NCBI GenBank assembly: GCA_002269645.1
Contig: NIVC01001067.1
Location: forward strand, 1-64,000
Direction of reading: 5' to 3'
DNA from: Macrostomum lignano
Lineage: Eukaryota
Length of the DNA stretch: 64,000 nt
Part shown: piece by piece, positions 41,242 through 52,666 of the stretch
Position numbering within the stretch: position 1 is the stretch's first letter
Layout of the letters: each line of letters begins with the position of its first letter
Position numbers and translations under genes: made by a program
The notes under the pieces: model-generated
What the model was told of the DNA's origin: nothing
Databases searched by the model: none
What the model saw: the letters and a program-made list of their open reading frames with translations, nothing else

Positions 41242-44112
41242 TTACAGCAGGCTGCAGCAGCACCGGCAGTAGCGCCGCCGCCTCGGCTCCGGCTGGCCCG
41301 GCGGGGTCACCGGCGCAAAGTACGCGTGCACTTTTAAATTAGGCAGATGGCCGACTAAACGGCGAATGCCGGATCGTGTGATCTGCTGGCAGTCGTACAG
41401 GTCGATCTGCTGCAGGGCGTGACAGGCGACCAGGTGCTCCAGTGCGGTGTCCGTGATATGGGGGCAATTATCCAGCTCGAGCACCTGGGGAATGGCATGA
41501 TTAATAAATCTCAATATCATCTGAAATCTCAAGATTCTCCCATATCAATACCACCAAAAATCCCAATATCCATCTCAATATCCTCAAAAATCCCACAATT
41601 TTCCCATCTCAATATCATTTAAGATCCCAAGATTCCCCAATCTCAATATCATCTAAAATCCCAAGATTCTCCCATCTCAATATCATCTAAAATCCCAAGA
41701 TTCTCCCATCTCATCTTATAATCTAAAATCCCAAGATTCTCCCATCTCAATATCATCCAAAATCCCAAGATTCTCCCATCTCATCTTATAATCTAAAATC
41801 CCAAGATTCTCCCATCTCAATATCATCTAAAATCCCAAGATTCTTCCATCTCAATATCATCCAAAATCCCAAGATTCTCCCATCTCAATATCATCTAAAA
41901 TCCCAAGATTCTCCCATCTCATCTTATAATCCAAAATCCCAAGATTCTCCTATCTCAATATCATCCAAAATCCCAAGATTCTCCCATCTCAATATCATCC
42001 AAAATCCCAAGATTCTCCTATCTCAATATCACCCGAAATCCCAAGATTCTCCTATATCAATATCATCCAGAATCCCAAGATTCTCCTATCTCAATATCAT
42101 CCAAAATCCCAAGATTCTCCTATCTCAATATCATCCAACATCCCAAGATCCTCACATCTCCATATCATTTCAAATCACAATATCCATCTCAATACAATCT
42201 ACTCGTAAAATCTCAATATCCGTCTTAATATCATAAAAAATCTCATAAAATTCTCCCACCTCAATATCATCCAAGATCCCAAGAATCTTTAATATTAATA
42301 TCATCTACGAGGGGCGTCCGGAAAGTAGTGTTACTTTTGCTTGGTGTGGACGTATGGACAGTCACACTTGCATGTGCTTGGTGTCATTTGAAAGCGGCAA
42401 GTCTCTTCTTTAAAATGACACCAATTGCAAGAGATTTGAATCTGTGCTTCAAGAGATATGGACGATTAAGTAGAGAAAGGTCAGTCATAGACTTACAGAA
42501 CCTCAAAAATGTCAACAGAAAACTTTTATCACGAGCGTAATTACTCCAGAAAAAAACAAAAAACACAACAGAAGCAGGTGAAACAGATAACAAGCAAATT
42601 ATCACACAAGCGAAAAACATTAAAATCATTCATTGGTTGGCAGACTTGTCATCTTGCTGACAGCATGGTCGCCATGAGCTGTGCAAAGTTGCCTGTGGAT
42701 GTCAGCCGATTTGGTTCTGGAGCTCCAAAGTGTAAAGATGGCATGTCGCTGCCCAGTCTTTGAATGCACATCCATTTGCAGTTCACAATTGAAAATTGAA
42801 TGTCAATAAACTTTGCAGGCGCAGCAGAAGCAGTTTTACAAGTCTCGTAGTTTTATGAGACAGCCCCTCTGCCTCTCGTTCACTGCATCACATTTGGCCA
42901 TAGACAGCCCATGATTACGAAAAAAATCAATAAACTCGTAAAAGTTTTCTGCTGACATTTTTGAGGTTCTGTAAGTCTATGACTGACCTTTCTCTACTTA
43001 ATCGTCCATATCTCTTGAAGCACAGATTCAAATCTCTTGCAATTGGTGTCATTTTAAAGAAGAGACTTGCCGCTTTCAAATGACACCAAGCACATGCAAG
43101 TGTGACTGTCCATACGTCCACACCAAGCAAAAGTAACACTACTTTCAGGACGCCCCTCGTAACATCCCACCCAAGATTATCCCATCGCAATATGATACAA
43201 AAATCCCACAATTATCTATCTTACTATCATAAAAATACCACACGATTCTCCCATCCCAATATAATAAAAAATCCCGTAATCCCACATACTAATACTATGG
43301 AGAATCTCTCCAGAAGCCCCCAACCCTCACCTGCAGACTCTCGGGAGCGCACAGGCCGCCAGCCAGCTGTCGAATGCCATCGTCCGTTAGCAACTCGCAA
43401 TAGGACAGCGTGAGTATGCGCAGGTGAGAGCAGTGGGCCGCCAATGCAGCCAAAGTGATGTCGGTCACCTGGACGCAGTCTTCAAGGTCGAGCCGTTCTA
43501 GCTGGGGACAGCCGCGAGCCAGCGCCTTATTTGGGTGACAAAGGTGTGGATTCATCAGTGCAGGGTGCGGGCATCTAGCCATCTAGTTTTAGTAACTATA
43601 AATCAATATGAATGGAAATACTTACGGATATTTTTCTAAAGTGGCGTGGTTATTTGTGACAATTATTATAATTTACTTTCTCCACCTATCTGCGTACTAG
43701 TACTTTAACGTAGTTGTGTCCCATTGTCTGTCTGTCTGTCCTAGTCTGTTATAGTGTCTCTATCTGTCTGTCTGTCTGTCTGTCTGTCTGCCTGTCCTAG
43801 TCTGCTATAGTGTCTCTATCTGTCTGTCTGTCTGTCTGTCTGCCTGTCCTAGTCTGTTATAGTGTCTCTATCTGTCTGTCTGTCTGTCTGTCTGTCTGCC
43901 TGTCCTAGTCTGTTATAGTGTCTCTATCTGTCTGTCTGTCTGTCTGTCCTAGTCTGTTATAGTGTCTCTATCTGTCTGCCTGTCTGTCTGTCTGTCCGCC
44001 TGTCCGCCTGTCTGTCTGTCTGTCTGTCCGCCCGTCTGTCTGTCTGTCTGCCTGTCTGTCCTAGTCTGTTATAGTGTCTCTATCTGTCTGCCCGTCTGTC
44101 TGTCTGTCCGCA

Positions 44113-44172
<60 letters not shown>

Positions 44173-44421
44173 CGCCTGTCTGTCTGTCTGTCTGTCCTAG
44201 TCTGTTATAGTGTCTCTATCTGTCTGTCTGTCTGTCTGTCTATTATAGTGTCTCTATATCTGTCTGTCTGTCTGTCGGTCTGTCTGTCTGCCTGCCTGTC
44301 TGTCTATCCGCCTGTCTGTCTGTCTGTCTGCCTGTCTGTCTGTCTGTCCTAGTCTGTTATAGTGTCTCTATCTGTCTGTCTGTCTGTTCTAGTCTGTTAT
44401 AGTGTCTCTATCTGTCTGCCC

Positions 44422-44480
<59 letters not shown>

Positions 44481-45956
44481 CGCCTGTCTGTCTGTCTGTC
44501 TGTCCTAGTCTGTTATAGTGTCTCTATCTGTCTGTCTGTCTATTATAGTGTCTCTATATCTGTCTGTCTGTCTGTCGGCCTGTCTGTCTGCCTGCCTGTC
44601 TGTCTATCCGCCTGTCTGTCTGCCTGTCCGCCTGTCTGTGTGCCTGTCTGTCCGCCTGCCGGTCTGTCTGCCCCAAGTTGCAGTCAACCAGCCTGTGCAC
44701 CCCAGTCGCACACCTGGAAGCCGGAATCGCTGAGCAGCCGGCAGCCGGCAACCTCCAGATTCCTGAGCTGGCCGCAGCCGGCAGCCAATCCGATCATGCC
44801 CGTGTCGGTCACGTGACCACAGTGGGACAGGCAGAGAGTGCGCAGCTCCGGACAATTGGCCCCCAAAGCTTGCATCGCCTCGTCGCGTATATTGTGACCG
44901 CACTCGTACAGCGATAGGACTCGGAGGCCGGTGCAGTGGCGGCTGAGCTCGGCAACGCCATGGCTGGTGATGTCGCGGCAGCCGCGCAGCTGCAGGGCCG
45001 CGAGATGGCGGCAGGACTGCGCCAAGCGGGTCAGGCCTTCGTCGCTGATGTTGCACCAGGACATGTCAAGTTCCACTAGGCGCTCGCACCTGGGTTGGGG
45101 GGGGGATTTTATGGTTAGACACCTGTGCCGATTCGAAATCCTAAAGTCGCGACTGTAAATCCCAAAGTCCCGACTCTAAATCCCAAAGTCCCGACTCTAA
45201 ATCCCAAAGTCCCGACTCTAAATCCCAAAGTCCTACCTCTAAATCCCAAAGTCCTAACTCTAAATCCCAAAGTCCTACCTCTAAATCCCAAAGTCCTAAC
45301 TCTAAATCCCAAAGTCCTACCTCTAAATCCCAAAGTCCTAACTTAAATAGTAACTCAAAATCCCGATTCTAAATATCAAAGAACTTAACTTACTTAGCCA
45401 AATATCGAACGCCATCGTCCGAGATATTAGAGATGGAATTGACCTTGAGACTGAGCAGATTCTGGCAGCTCCTGATGTGCTTGCAGGCCTCGTTAGTCAG
45501 CTTGCGACAGTCTGACAGATTCAACCTTTCCAAATTAACGCAATGATAGCTGAAGGCTCGCATAGCAGAATCATTTAAATTTTGACAGCCGCGCAGATTT
45601 AAACTGCGCAAGAAACCGCCGCAACGTTTCGCCAGCGTTTCAACCATTGCGCCAGTGATGTCTTTGCCGTATTCGAATAAGCTCACATTCTGCCAGATGC
45701 TGCCGTCGAAGGCCAGCTGATGCCAGAACTTGCACACCTGCGAGCAGCGGCACAGAGTGACCAAGTCCAGGTGGCTGAACACTCGCAAGATGATCTCTTT
45801 GGGCAGGCGCTCGTTGATGTTTGGCGGATCAACTGACAGGAGGGACACGGAGCCAAACTTGCTGCCAGGGCCGCTTCCGCCGCCACCATTTCCGCTTGGC
45901 CCGGCGCCATTTCCACTGTTGCCATTTGAGTATGGCGGCACTTGGTAGCCGTTCAT
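41242..45956 (-). CDS. FBXL20: F-box/LRR protein of the FBXL2/FBXL20 type with C-terminal CaaX (CSLL)
   Basis: Exons 45956-45394, 45089-44714, 43525-43331 (AAG acceptor), 41484-41242, all in phase. F-box INERLPKEIILRVFSHLDLVTLCRCSQVCKFW, cysteine-containing LRRs, and family tail LKVHAYFAPVTPP...YCRCCCSLL*. Confidence 0.93.
41500..42305. repeat. 34-bp minisatellite AAAATCCCAAGATTCTCCCATCTCAATATCATCT, FBXL intron 3; degenerate copies resume at ~43162-43290
   Basis: Direct reading; interrupted by the mariner derivative. Confidence 0.93.
42308..43159 (-). mobile_element. Non-autonomous Tc1/mariner deletion derivative with ~221-bp terminal inverted repeats, in FBXL intron 3
   Basis: TIRs 42308-42528 and 42939-43159, with 2 mismatches seen. 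Termini CGAGGGGCGTCC...GGACGCCCCTCG are flanked by TA on both sides. An internal minus ORF 42775-42626 (MDVHSKTGQRHAIFTLWSSRTKSADIHRQLCTAHGDHAVSKMT) resembles a mariner N-terminal HTH. Confidence 0.9.
43720..44670. repeat. (CTGT)n with interspersed CCTAGTCTGTTATAGTGTCTCTAT block, FBXL intron 2
   Basis: Direct reading. Confidence 0.94.
45135..45345. repeat. 21-bp minisatellite CTAAATCCCAAAGTCCTACCT, FBXL intron 1
   Basis: Direct reading. Confidence 0.94.
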
Positions 45957-46227
45957 GACGGGAAGAATTTAAGCTGGCTGTAAGGCACAGCAGAATTGAT
46001 CAATATTTGAATGCGAATTTCAATTGAATTTTAAAGACAAATGCAGATTTCAATAGATTTCAAAAAGTAATAATAATTTTGTTGTAACGCCTAAAATATC
46101 AGAGTTATTGAACTGCAACTGGTTTCATTAAAAAACATTTTTGTTCTTTATATGACAGAGTTTTGGTTCTTCTAAAGTGATTGATGTCGGCATGGTGACG
46201 CTCTAATCACAGTATACCCTTTGAGCA

Positions 46228-46535
46228 ATGGAAAATAAAAAAATCGAAGCTCGCACTAAGGTGAAGTTTCTTGTAAAACCTGGTTGTAAGCCAACCGAAA
46301 TCATTGACGCTTTGAAGAAGGTCTATGGGGACACTGCTCCCTCAAATCCGACCATTTACCGCTGCATTCAGGCTTTTAAGGCCAAGAGTCAATGGAAGAC
46401 GCCCAGCGGTCTAGAAGGCCCACAACATCGCGCACAGAGGAAAATGTGGCAGCTGTGCAACAGGTGATTGAGTGAGCAGGATCGGCGCGTGACCATAGAC
46501 AATACTGCTGACCAAGTGGGCATCTCTCATGGCAT
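46228..46535 (+). pseudogene. Mariner transposase 5' remnant (frameshifted)
   Basis: MENKKIEARTKVKFLVKPGCKPTEIIDALKKVYGDTAPSNPTIYRCIQAF, continuing after shifts as ESMEDAQRSRRPTTSRTEENVAAVQQVIE and QDRRVTIDNTADQVGISHG: typical mariner paired-HTH region. No DDD domain follows. Confidence 0.88.
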
Positions 46536-46956
46536 CAATCAATAATTCAAAGGCATACTAAATGCCAGATACATAAGGCTGTACAAGCTACATAAGTAAG
46601 CCAAATAGAATAATGCAGTTGATTAGAATGTCTGCTATGCTTGGCCTGAAGGGAAGTGTAAGTCAGTGTATTTGCTACCATTCTAATTTTTTTAGACTTT
46701 TATATGTATATTACTAACCATACCCTAATCTATTAACATCTAGGTCAGATAATAAAATGTCTTGTTTTGTCTCTAAAAGGAGCAACTAATTTCATTTGCA
46801 TCAAAGTTACATACTCTAATCTGGTAAGAACATGGCTAGAGCAAATTGCATAGTAGCCCAATTTATAGCCAGCTGTGGCTATGCATTATAGTGGGTCTGC
46901 AATATCAATTTAACCTAACACTGATAGTGACACCCCAGCTCCAAGTCATGATTCCA

Positions 46957-47106
46957 TATAAAAGCAACCCCTGAAACTTTATGATACTAGCTAATTACTA
47001 TTGAAACCAAACAATGTACCCATTTGCTGCAGCTATAGGCAGCTGAATGAAGCAGGATAATGTCAATAAGCTCTAGCAGGCTTGCTGTTTTAGTTTGCAG
47101 GTAAGT
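46957..47106 (+). promoter_or_regulatory. Candidate TATA box (TATAAAAGCA) plus short non-coding exon ending at CAG|GTAAGT, possibly SGTA exon 1
   Basis: TATAAAAG at 46957-46964 and a perfect donor junction at 47100/47101. Confidence 0.33.
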
Positions 47107-49956
47107 ATTGACAGTTATTGAATGGAGGATTATGGGTATATAAAATAATTGTGAAAATGATGATATATCATTGTCAGTAGAATGAATAAAAGCAAATACT
47201 TAAGCCGTCTATTAACATTTGAATATACTTTTTTTAAATAGTAAGAAAGTGTAGTGCTATTAGGAATGCATCACAATCTATAGGCAAAAGAGACTATTGG
47301 GATCCCACTGCAGCCCCCAGAGTACTGAGTATATATAAACATCAATAATTGTTTTTTAAATATTTTTATTAGGATTGCTTATTAAATATAAGATTAGGTA
47401 TATAAATTCCTTCAAGTGGATAAGATCAAGCTAGTTATTTAATGGAGAAGTCAGTCTTCATTATGGTTAACATTATCAATATGAGCCAAGCAATTGCAAA
47501 TCAGCCTCTGAAGATTCTTTACTGAAGGTATGCACCCTAGAGCATGGTTTATGACATAGAAGTATTTTAGCTTCTCTAGTTGAGTTGTGAGCCCCAAGAA
47601 GTGCATCTTATTTGTGTCCAATAGTGCTGCTATTATGTTGGGTTGCCACAATAGAGTGGCATGTTAGCTACAACAAGGCCAAGCCAGCTACCCTGTGTTG
47701 ATAGAGTTGCACTGCACAGTGCATAGGCACAGCATGTATCCATGATATATATGACTTCTGTCAGGTGATAATTATGGTAAATGACTAGCTATATAGTCTT
47801 ATTGCCTACCTGAGGACATTAAAGAATTGAAGCTACTAGAAAAACAGTTGAATTATTTAAGAGATAAGACTTGGTTTAGTAGTATCTCACTCAAGTAGGA
47901 ATCCAAAGAAAATATTAACCCCAAGGGCATCACATATTCTAATTATGAAAATACACATTTATTTGATCCCTAGTTATTTCTATGTATAATTTTGAAAAAG
48001 TTATATAATCACTAGTTATATAAAACCTCTAAAAAAGTTGAGCTTAATGTCAAGCATTATTTATATGATTTTTCACATTACCTGCAAGATATGCACCCTG
48101 AGCATTTTATCAATGTCAAGTGGCTTAGGTACTACATGGCAGTCAGTTGCATTTCTGTTTTCAAGAATCAAATGCCACCTAAGCTATAGACAATAGTAAT
48201 ACTTAAGCTATTGCTTAAAGAGTATATAGCACAGGCTTTTTACTGACATTGGCAATTATGCAAAATATGCTAGGCATCATAGCATAACACTAAACAAGGC
48301 TTTATAGTAGTAAATTTGTTTTCATCTTGATTTTTGTATCATTTCCCATGTTTATTGTAGCATCTTTACTTTATTCATATCCTTAACCTCACCTAAGTAG
48401 GCATGGCTTATATCTACTTGACCTAAGAAACCATGGCAAAGTGGCCCTAATTGAACTGCAGTCCATATTGCTTAATAACTATAGAAAGCTTTGCAAAACT
48501 GTCTATGGAGCAATTACAATGGGCTCCTAGACCTAAACTAAGAACTGGAGTCATTGGATACACCTACTATTGACCAAATAGGTTCCAACTAAATGAATAG
48601 TTTCTGCCCAAACATGAGCTGAAGTTGCTACAGCTTGCTTGACTTCTATGTTGACAATCCTACTTATTGACCAGCGAACTCTGTGCATCAATTGATTCAA
48701 AATTTGGCTAACTGGTTCCCTGATTGGCCAACTGAGCCCATGTATTCAAATAGCTAAAATACTCTCCTAGCTATTAATAAGATAGCATGATTCAAAAACA
48801 AATAACTTACTTGCTCATTTACTTATCTTTGATCTAGCATCTGAGATGCTAGTCCTAAGCCAAGGTGAAGCCTTTACCAAGTATGACCATAAAAGCATTA
48901 AATGGCTTGGTCACTTTATTGTGAAATTTTAGTTTTGGCTCGCCAAGTGCAAACATGACTTCAATCTAGACAAGCTTAAAAGAACAATTGACATTAGAAT
49001 AATCTAGTTTTTGCTCTAAAGTGATATACTTCTACAATAGCAAAACATTTGGCTAATGTGCTTTTTTGCTTATAGCTACATGAAATTCTAAAGACTAGCC
49101 ACTCTTATTATATTTAGCAAATATTTTTCCACTTTTATTATAGACAGCTCCATTATTAAGCAAAGTTTCTTATTTTTTATCAAGCAAAATTGAGTGCAAT
49201 CAACTAGAAATAAAAAAGTATATCTTAATATTGTACAAGAGTTTTCTATATGATTATGCCATTGTACTATAAGAGCACAATGCCTAACACAAGTGCTACT
49301 AGAATCTATTAGAAGTTGATATCAATAAAGTTTGTCAATACCATTGCCTATGGTATGACAACTAAAGCATTTAACTCAATGATACATATAAAAAGTCAAA
49401 ATGAAAGAAGATGAACTTTATTAACACTATTGTTATATGCTTTCTATTTTGTAGCAATTTTATTATTCAATAAATAAAATGTTGCTTTACTAGATTAGAT
49501 GCCTTTCTATTATAATAAGATTTTAAAGTACAATTTTTATGAGATATTGCAAGTCATGCAAAGAGTTCTTGTGAGAGAAGCTCATATTTCTCTTCTCCAT
49601 TCTTTATCTTTTCTCCCTCCTTTGGCTTGCAATCATCAGGGACTCCTGAGCGCATTTTGCTTAGGGGCCCAGCAAAGTAGACCTAGAAGGGCAGTCATTG
49701 CGCTAGGTTCTAAATTTGGCCCTTGAGATAAAAAGTTTGCTGACCCACATGTAAAAGCACTAGGCTTAGGAACATGGCCATTGTGCAGTCCACCAATTGT
49801 TATAACTCCATAGAGAACTTTATAGCAGTTCTCAATGCATTTTGATAGTAGAAATACCCAGTCCATCTTATATAGTTGCATGTATGGTCGCATAAGACAC
49901 AAATACTCAAGATTCATTAATGCCCAGACACATGAATGCATATGCAAGTGCGCATC

Positions 49957-50534
49957 CAGTGGTGTGATTGGAAAGTTTGCCAAATTTCGCACCGACTGAA
50001 AATTTTCGCGCCATGCCAATAATATTCTACTGACAGCCAAATAAGTCAATAGATGATACTTTTGAAGATGTGTCTGGCTACCAATTAGCATGTCTCTCAA
50101 GTCCCAGCCATGTCCCGCCTGAACTTCTTGTTGGCAATGTCTTGGGCAGACGACTGCTCGTGCTGGTGATTGACGACGTAGATAGCAGCTCAGCAGCCTT
50201 GCGCTTCAAGACAAGCTCAGCTAGCTTCTCTGCCTCCTTCTGCTTCTTCTTCTGCACATTCTGCTGCTGACACCTCAGTTCTTCAATCTTGGTGTCCTTG
50301 CTCTTGGTGGCCGCCATCAACTCGTGAAGCAGCAGTTAGATTAATCTCTTAGACCTAAGCTATGACATTCTTGTATTTCATACTGTCTGACAAGAGAATA
50401 AGTGTAAAAAGCAGAAAATAAGAATGCAATTTTTGCGCCCATGGTTCCACAAAATTTTGCGCCAGACCCCTAAGATTTACACATTTGCGCCATTTTCGCG
50501 CCTGGCGCGAATTTGCGCCTGAATCACACCACTG
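49957..50534. mobile_element. Non-autonomous hAT-like DNA element (578 bp)
   Basis: 13-bp perfect TIR CAGTGGTGTGATT/AATCACACCACTG; 8-bp flanks TGCGCATC and TACGCATC (7/8 identical); GCGCC-rich subterminal repeats. Confidence 0.78.
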
Positions 50535-52666
50535 TACGCATCATTAATGCCCAGATAGTATGAGTGCGTATGGGTAACACATTTGTATAGAATATTTTGC
50601 ATCGAAACATTTAACCTAATGGAGTCTGGTATTGCAAAATTGCAAAATTTAATCATTTAAAAAAATATCGCAATAAATAAAACAAGTCATCAATATAATT
50701 ATAATCGTAAGCGATACAAGATTATGCAGCTATGTCAGCCACATATGCGTATCATTCATATAATGAAAATTTTGGTCACTTTGTCAACAAGCAAATGGGA
50801 AAGATTGGTCACTTTGTTAACCACCAGTAAAGCCACCCTAATACTTTGGTCACTTTGTCAACCAAGTTGACAAAATACCAGTTGACAAAATGACTATTAC
50901 CCATGATTGGCCAGCTGTTGTGAGCATTATTATGATCCTTATTCCCTAGCCCCACCTCTATCCAATGATGATAATATATTTGCTGTCTAGCTGCAAAGTT
51001 TATTCATAACTTGTAAACAAAAAGTTAAGTAGTACATTGGTCCAGTCAAGTCAACATTTAATTAGGTCTTTTGGGTAGCCTAATATTTTTAAATATATTT
51101 GTACACTTTAAAAAATCATGATTTCATTATCTTTACTTTAACAGTTAAAATTCTTTTAAGAGACACAGTCTAAATGATTTTTAATATTGTATACTGATAT
51201 TGTTATTTGTTAATATTGTAACATGAATATTGATATCATATTTAATATTTTATTAGTAGACAAATGACTGCACTGTATTTTTGAAGATGAAAGAGTGGTA
51301 GACAAACTAGCAGCAGATGAAACAACTATCAACCTTAACTTTGTCTAACTTGGAATATTCTAACCAAGTTGTTCTAACTCATAATTCAACCATAATGATA
51401 TTAGACCTACAAGTCAGAACAACAATTGTAAAAACTGTATTACGAGTTGTAATAATGGTTAAAGCATTCCAAGTCTGAGTTAAGAGGTTAGAGGTATAGT
51501 ATTTAAGAATTTAAATTTCTTTCACATAAGCCTAAGGCTTAAAAGCAGACTTGGCATGGTTCTAGTTTACTTCGTTATATTCCAACTGTGCAAAATAATT
51601 TAACACAGTAAACTAGAACTATGCCGCAGACTTTACACAAGAGTTTCTAAAAACTAAAAAGTAAAAGTGTCTTTGCAAAGTAAATTAGCAATTAGCATTA
51701 AACAAAATAAATTTACATAAGCTAAAGACCTTAAGCATGGGAGGAACAAAATAGTTAGAGTAGGCCCCTAGTTCAGAATAAGACATTATCACAATGAAAA
51801 ACATAGTATGTGTCCTATCCTATATAGCATTATAGCAATAAGGTGACACTGACGTCTGTCAACAAAGTGATTGAGCAACTAAACAGTCACATACTTGAGG
51901 GGACTGCTGGGTAAATGTTGAGTTATCCTCTTAGCTAGCGCTCTTAAATTGAAGCCTTAAAATTGAAAGAAGAGTTCGTGCTGCAATGTACAAATCATGT
52001 AAATTTTTAAATGGCGGTTGTGGTTGTGAGAACATCAAACACTAACATTAGGCCTAAGTCTAACTTGATGTGATTATCTAGTGATTTAAAAGTACATGTA
52101 CAGCAGTATTAGTGTCTCGAATTTATACTTTCGAGACCATTAATTAGTGTTTTATTTGCATATCTATTGTTACATTATAATCTTTGAAAATTATACAGCT
52201 ATACATGTTTTACACTCTTACAGTAGGAGCCGTTTAACCCTTTACAGAAATATATCTTTTTGTTCACCTTTTTCTTAGAAATTAAACAAGCGGAGAAACA
52301 AAAAGTAGCAAACCAAATCAAGGTATTTTTCTAAAAAATTAAAAAAAGTAGTATTAAAAATAATATTTATATACAAAACCTTAAAAATCAATTAAAATGA
52401 TAAAGCTAATTTAAAAATTATTTTGTATTATACGAATACTAATCGATTAAAACACGTACAAGAAAACTGCACCCAAATATCTTATGAGTAGAAATAGAAA
52501 CTCAAAGAGCCAGCGAGAGAGCTATTTCCAGGCCAACCAATTAGAGTTCTAGAAAATTCTAGGCAATCTTTTGATATTAGCTAATTTACAAAAGGTAACT
52601 AAAGTTGTTAAACCCCAACTAGATTGCTAATTGTTCTTCATACAGACGTACAGTGCATCGAGTGCA

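Noticed and set aside
49636-50100. 154-aa minus ORF
   Set aside because: Spans a transposon boundary, AT-rich, no recognisable motif.
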